This document shows positions 62,121-64,000 of a DNA stretch of 64,000 nucleotides, piece after piece. A model generated the notes under the pieces. The model did not search any database, was not told where the DNA came from, and saw nothing but the letters and a program-made list of their open reading frames with translations. Position 1 is the stretch's first letter. The number at the start of each line of letters is the position of its first letter. The stretch covers positions 153,430-217,429 of the forward strand of contig CAVTCR010000056.1 in NCBI GenBank assembly GCA_963733195.1. The letters run 5' to 3'. The position numbers and the translations under genes were made by a program. Source of the stretch: an uncultured delta proteobacterium. GTDB taxonomy: Bacteria > Desulfobacterota > Binatia > Bin18.

Positions 62121-63290
62121 GTGTAGTCCCACAGCTCCAAGGCGCCTGTGATCCACGCTTCGCGGCGGTGCGCGAGGCCTTTGCGGAGAATTTTGCTAAA
62201 CGCGGAGATGTGGGTGCCGCCGTTTGTGTGTATGTGGAGGGGAAACCCGTCGTGGACCTCTGGGGCGGCTTTGCTGATGCTGCCCGCACCAGACCTTGGC
62301 AACGCGATACGATTGTCAGTGTTGCGTCAACGACCAAAGGCATGACGACGTTATGCACGCACATGCTGGTCGAGCGTGGCTTGCTTGATCTTGATGCGCC
62401 AGTCACCCGCTATTGGCCGGAATTTGCGCAAGCGGGAAAAGACACGATTCCCGTGCGTTGGCTGTTGAGTCATCGCGCCGGATTGCCTGCCATCAGGCGC
62501 GACATGTCGCCACAGTCTCTTTACGAGTGGAGCGCCATGACTGCCGCGCTGGCCGAGACCGAACCGTGGTGGCAGCCTGGGACACAGCACGGGTATCACG
62601 CCATGACTTTTGGTTTCCTGATTGGCGAAGTCCTGCGGCGGATTACTGGCAAAAGCGTCGGACAATTTTTGCGGGCGGAAGTGACAGGACCGTTTGGGGC
62701 TGATTTCTTCATTGGGGTACCGGAATCTGAGGATGCGCGGGCGGCTGAAGTGCTGCCTGATCCACCCCCACGCCCTGGTGATGTCACGATGTGGGAAACC
62801 TTGCTGCAGGACCCACTGTCGATGTCGGGGCGAGCTTTTCTTAATCCGCCACGGACCCCGACCGTCACCAATACCAGAGCGTGGCGCGCGGCCGAGATTC
62901 CCGCGGGCAATGGTCATACTACAGCGAGAGCGCTTGGCCGCATTTACGGGGCCTTGGCTCATGGCGGCGCGCTTGCTGGTGTTCATCTGCTGAACCCGGC
63001 AACGATTGCAGCGGCGATCGTCGAGCAGTCGTTCGGTCTCGATGCTGTTCTGCAGTTTCCCACGCGGTTTGGGGTGGGGTTTATGCTTCCCACGGCGGAG
63101 CGTTCGTTTGGTCCTTTCCGCGCGCCTTTGGCCATCCTGGCAGAGGAGGGTCTATTGGCTTCGCTGATACGGAAGCACGCGTGGGCTTCGGCTACGTGCC
63201 GAACCAATACCAGACGGGAACGCTGTAGAATCCCGACCTACGCTGGCCCACTTTGGTTGATGCAGTGTACACCTCGTTAGGAAGCAGTGG
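62117..63290 (+). CDS. Serine hydrolase (class C beta-lactamase/EstB-like); C-terminal frameshift and in-frame TAG; end approximate
   Basis: SxxK (STTK), LLSHRAG, GYHAMTFG; AFGHPGRGGS in a shifted frame. Confidence 0.85.
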
Positions 63291-63307
63291 ACAGAGGACG
63301 CGCACTC

Positions 63308-64000
63308 ATGAGCTTTGATGAGTTGCTCACACAGGTGCGAGAGCTGCTGCAAAGCAAGGGCAGAGTCTCGTACCGGGCGTTGAAGCTGCAATTTCACATT
63401 GACGATGAGTATATTGCTGGACTCAAGGACGAGTTGATCGAGGCTGAACGTGTGGCGCACGATGAAGACGGGAAGGTGTTGGTATGGGTCGGCAACTCTA
63501 GAGAGGATAAGGGGACAAGGATAACGGATAAAGGGGGAAACGGCGAAGCAGTACTTGACAGTCCCCAGTCCCCAATTTCCTACACGCCACTGCATCTGGC
63601 CGAACGCATCCGCTCGGCAAATGTCACTGATGGTGAACGCAAAACAATCACGGCGTTGTTTGCGGACTTGAAAGGCTCTACCGCGTTGATTGAAGGCCTG
63701 GATCCCGAAGAAGCTCGTGCGATTATCGATCCCGCCCTGCAGATTATGATGGATGCCGTGCATCGCTACGAAGGCTATGTGGCGCAAGCCTTAGGCGATG
63801 GGATCTTCGCGCTGTTTGGTGCTCCCATCGCGCATGAAGATCACCCGCAGCGGGCCCTCTACGCTGCCCTGCTCATGCAGGACGAGATGCGCCGCTATGC
63901 CGACACCTTACGAGCCAAGGGCTCCTCCCCTCTCTTGATGCGTGTGGGCGTGAATACGGCGAAGTGGTGGTCCGGTCGATTCGTAAGGACGATCTGCATA
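63308..64000 (+). CDS. Cyclase-AAA-TPR paralogue, copy 3 (runs off the right edge)
   Basis: Manual translation MSFDELLTQVRELLQSKGRVSYRALK...DEDGKVLVW...ERKTITALFADLKGST. Confidence 0.88.
   Translation, partial: MSFDELLTQVRELLQSKGRVSYRALKLQFHIDDEYIAGLKDELIEAERVAHDEDGKVLVWVGNSREDKGTRITDKGGNGEAVLDSPQSPISYTPLHLAERIRSANVTDGERKTITALFADLKGSTALIEGLDPEEARAIIDPALQIMMDAVHRYEGYVAQALGDGIFALFGAPIAHEDHPQRALYAALLMQDEMRRYADTLRAKGSSPLLMRVGVNTAKWWSGRFVRTICI

Noticed and set aside
63226-63228. In-frame TAG in the serine hydrolase tail as pyrrolysine or read-through
   Set aside because: Non-catalytic position in an error-rich region with an adjacent frameshift; no pyl genes seen

Overview
Chromosomal window from a roughly 55% GC bacterium. 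The gene mix (expanded cyclase-AAA-TPR paralogues, many LLM/F420, amidohydrolase and crotonase genes, DMFase-like and UGSC genes) resembles 'Deltaproteobacteria'/Candidatus Binatia; this is an inference. Core loci: a PyrR-attenuated pyrR-pyrB-pyrC-carA-carB-recG operon, an alaC-hom-thrC-apgM-glpX-crotonase operon, nth, a two-subunit B12 acyl-CoA mutase with isobutyryl-CoA-mutase signature residues, and dnaB. Accessory content: catabolic oxidoreductases and hydrolases, an orphan T4-Rnl1-like RNA ligase, a toxin-antitoxin hotspot (34.4-38.8 kb) and three paralogous class-III cyclase/AAA/TPR (STAND) genes. Most notable, and not shown by the ORF track: (i) a hidden UGSC selenoprotein (in-frame TGA plus a bSECIS-like hairpin) with its partner gene; (ii) a pervasive family of 7-8-nt tandem-repeat hairpins that nest in each other and sit in frame inside carA, an FAD oxidoreductase and the cyclases; (iii) a ~26-bp mini-element found inside several different REP-like hairpins, up to three levels deep; (iv) a REC-PAS signalling protein with six 39-aa signalling-helix repeats. 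Many single-base frameshifts (carA, mutase, DMFase, mazF, cyclases) are probably long-read indel errors. All family assignments come from motif recognition by eye; no database search was run.
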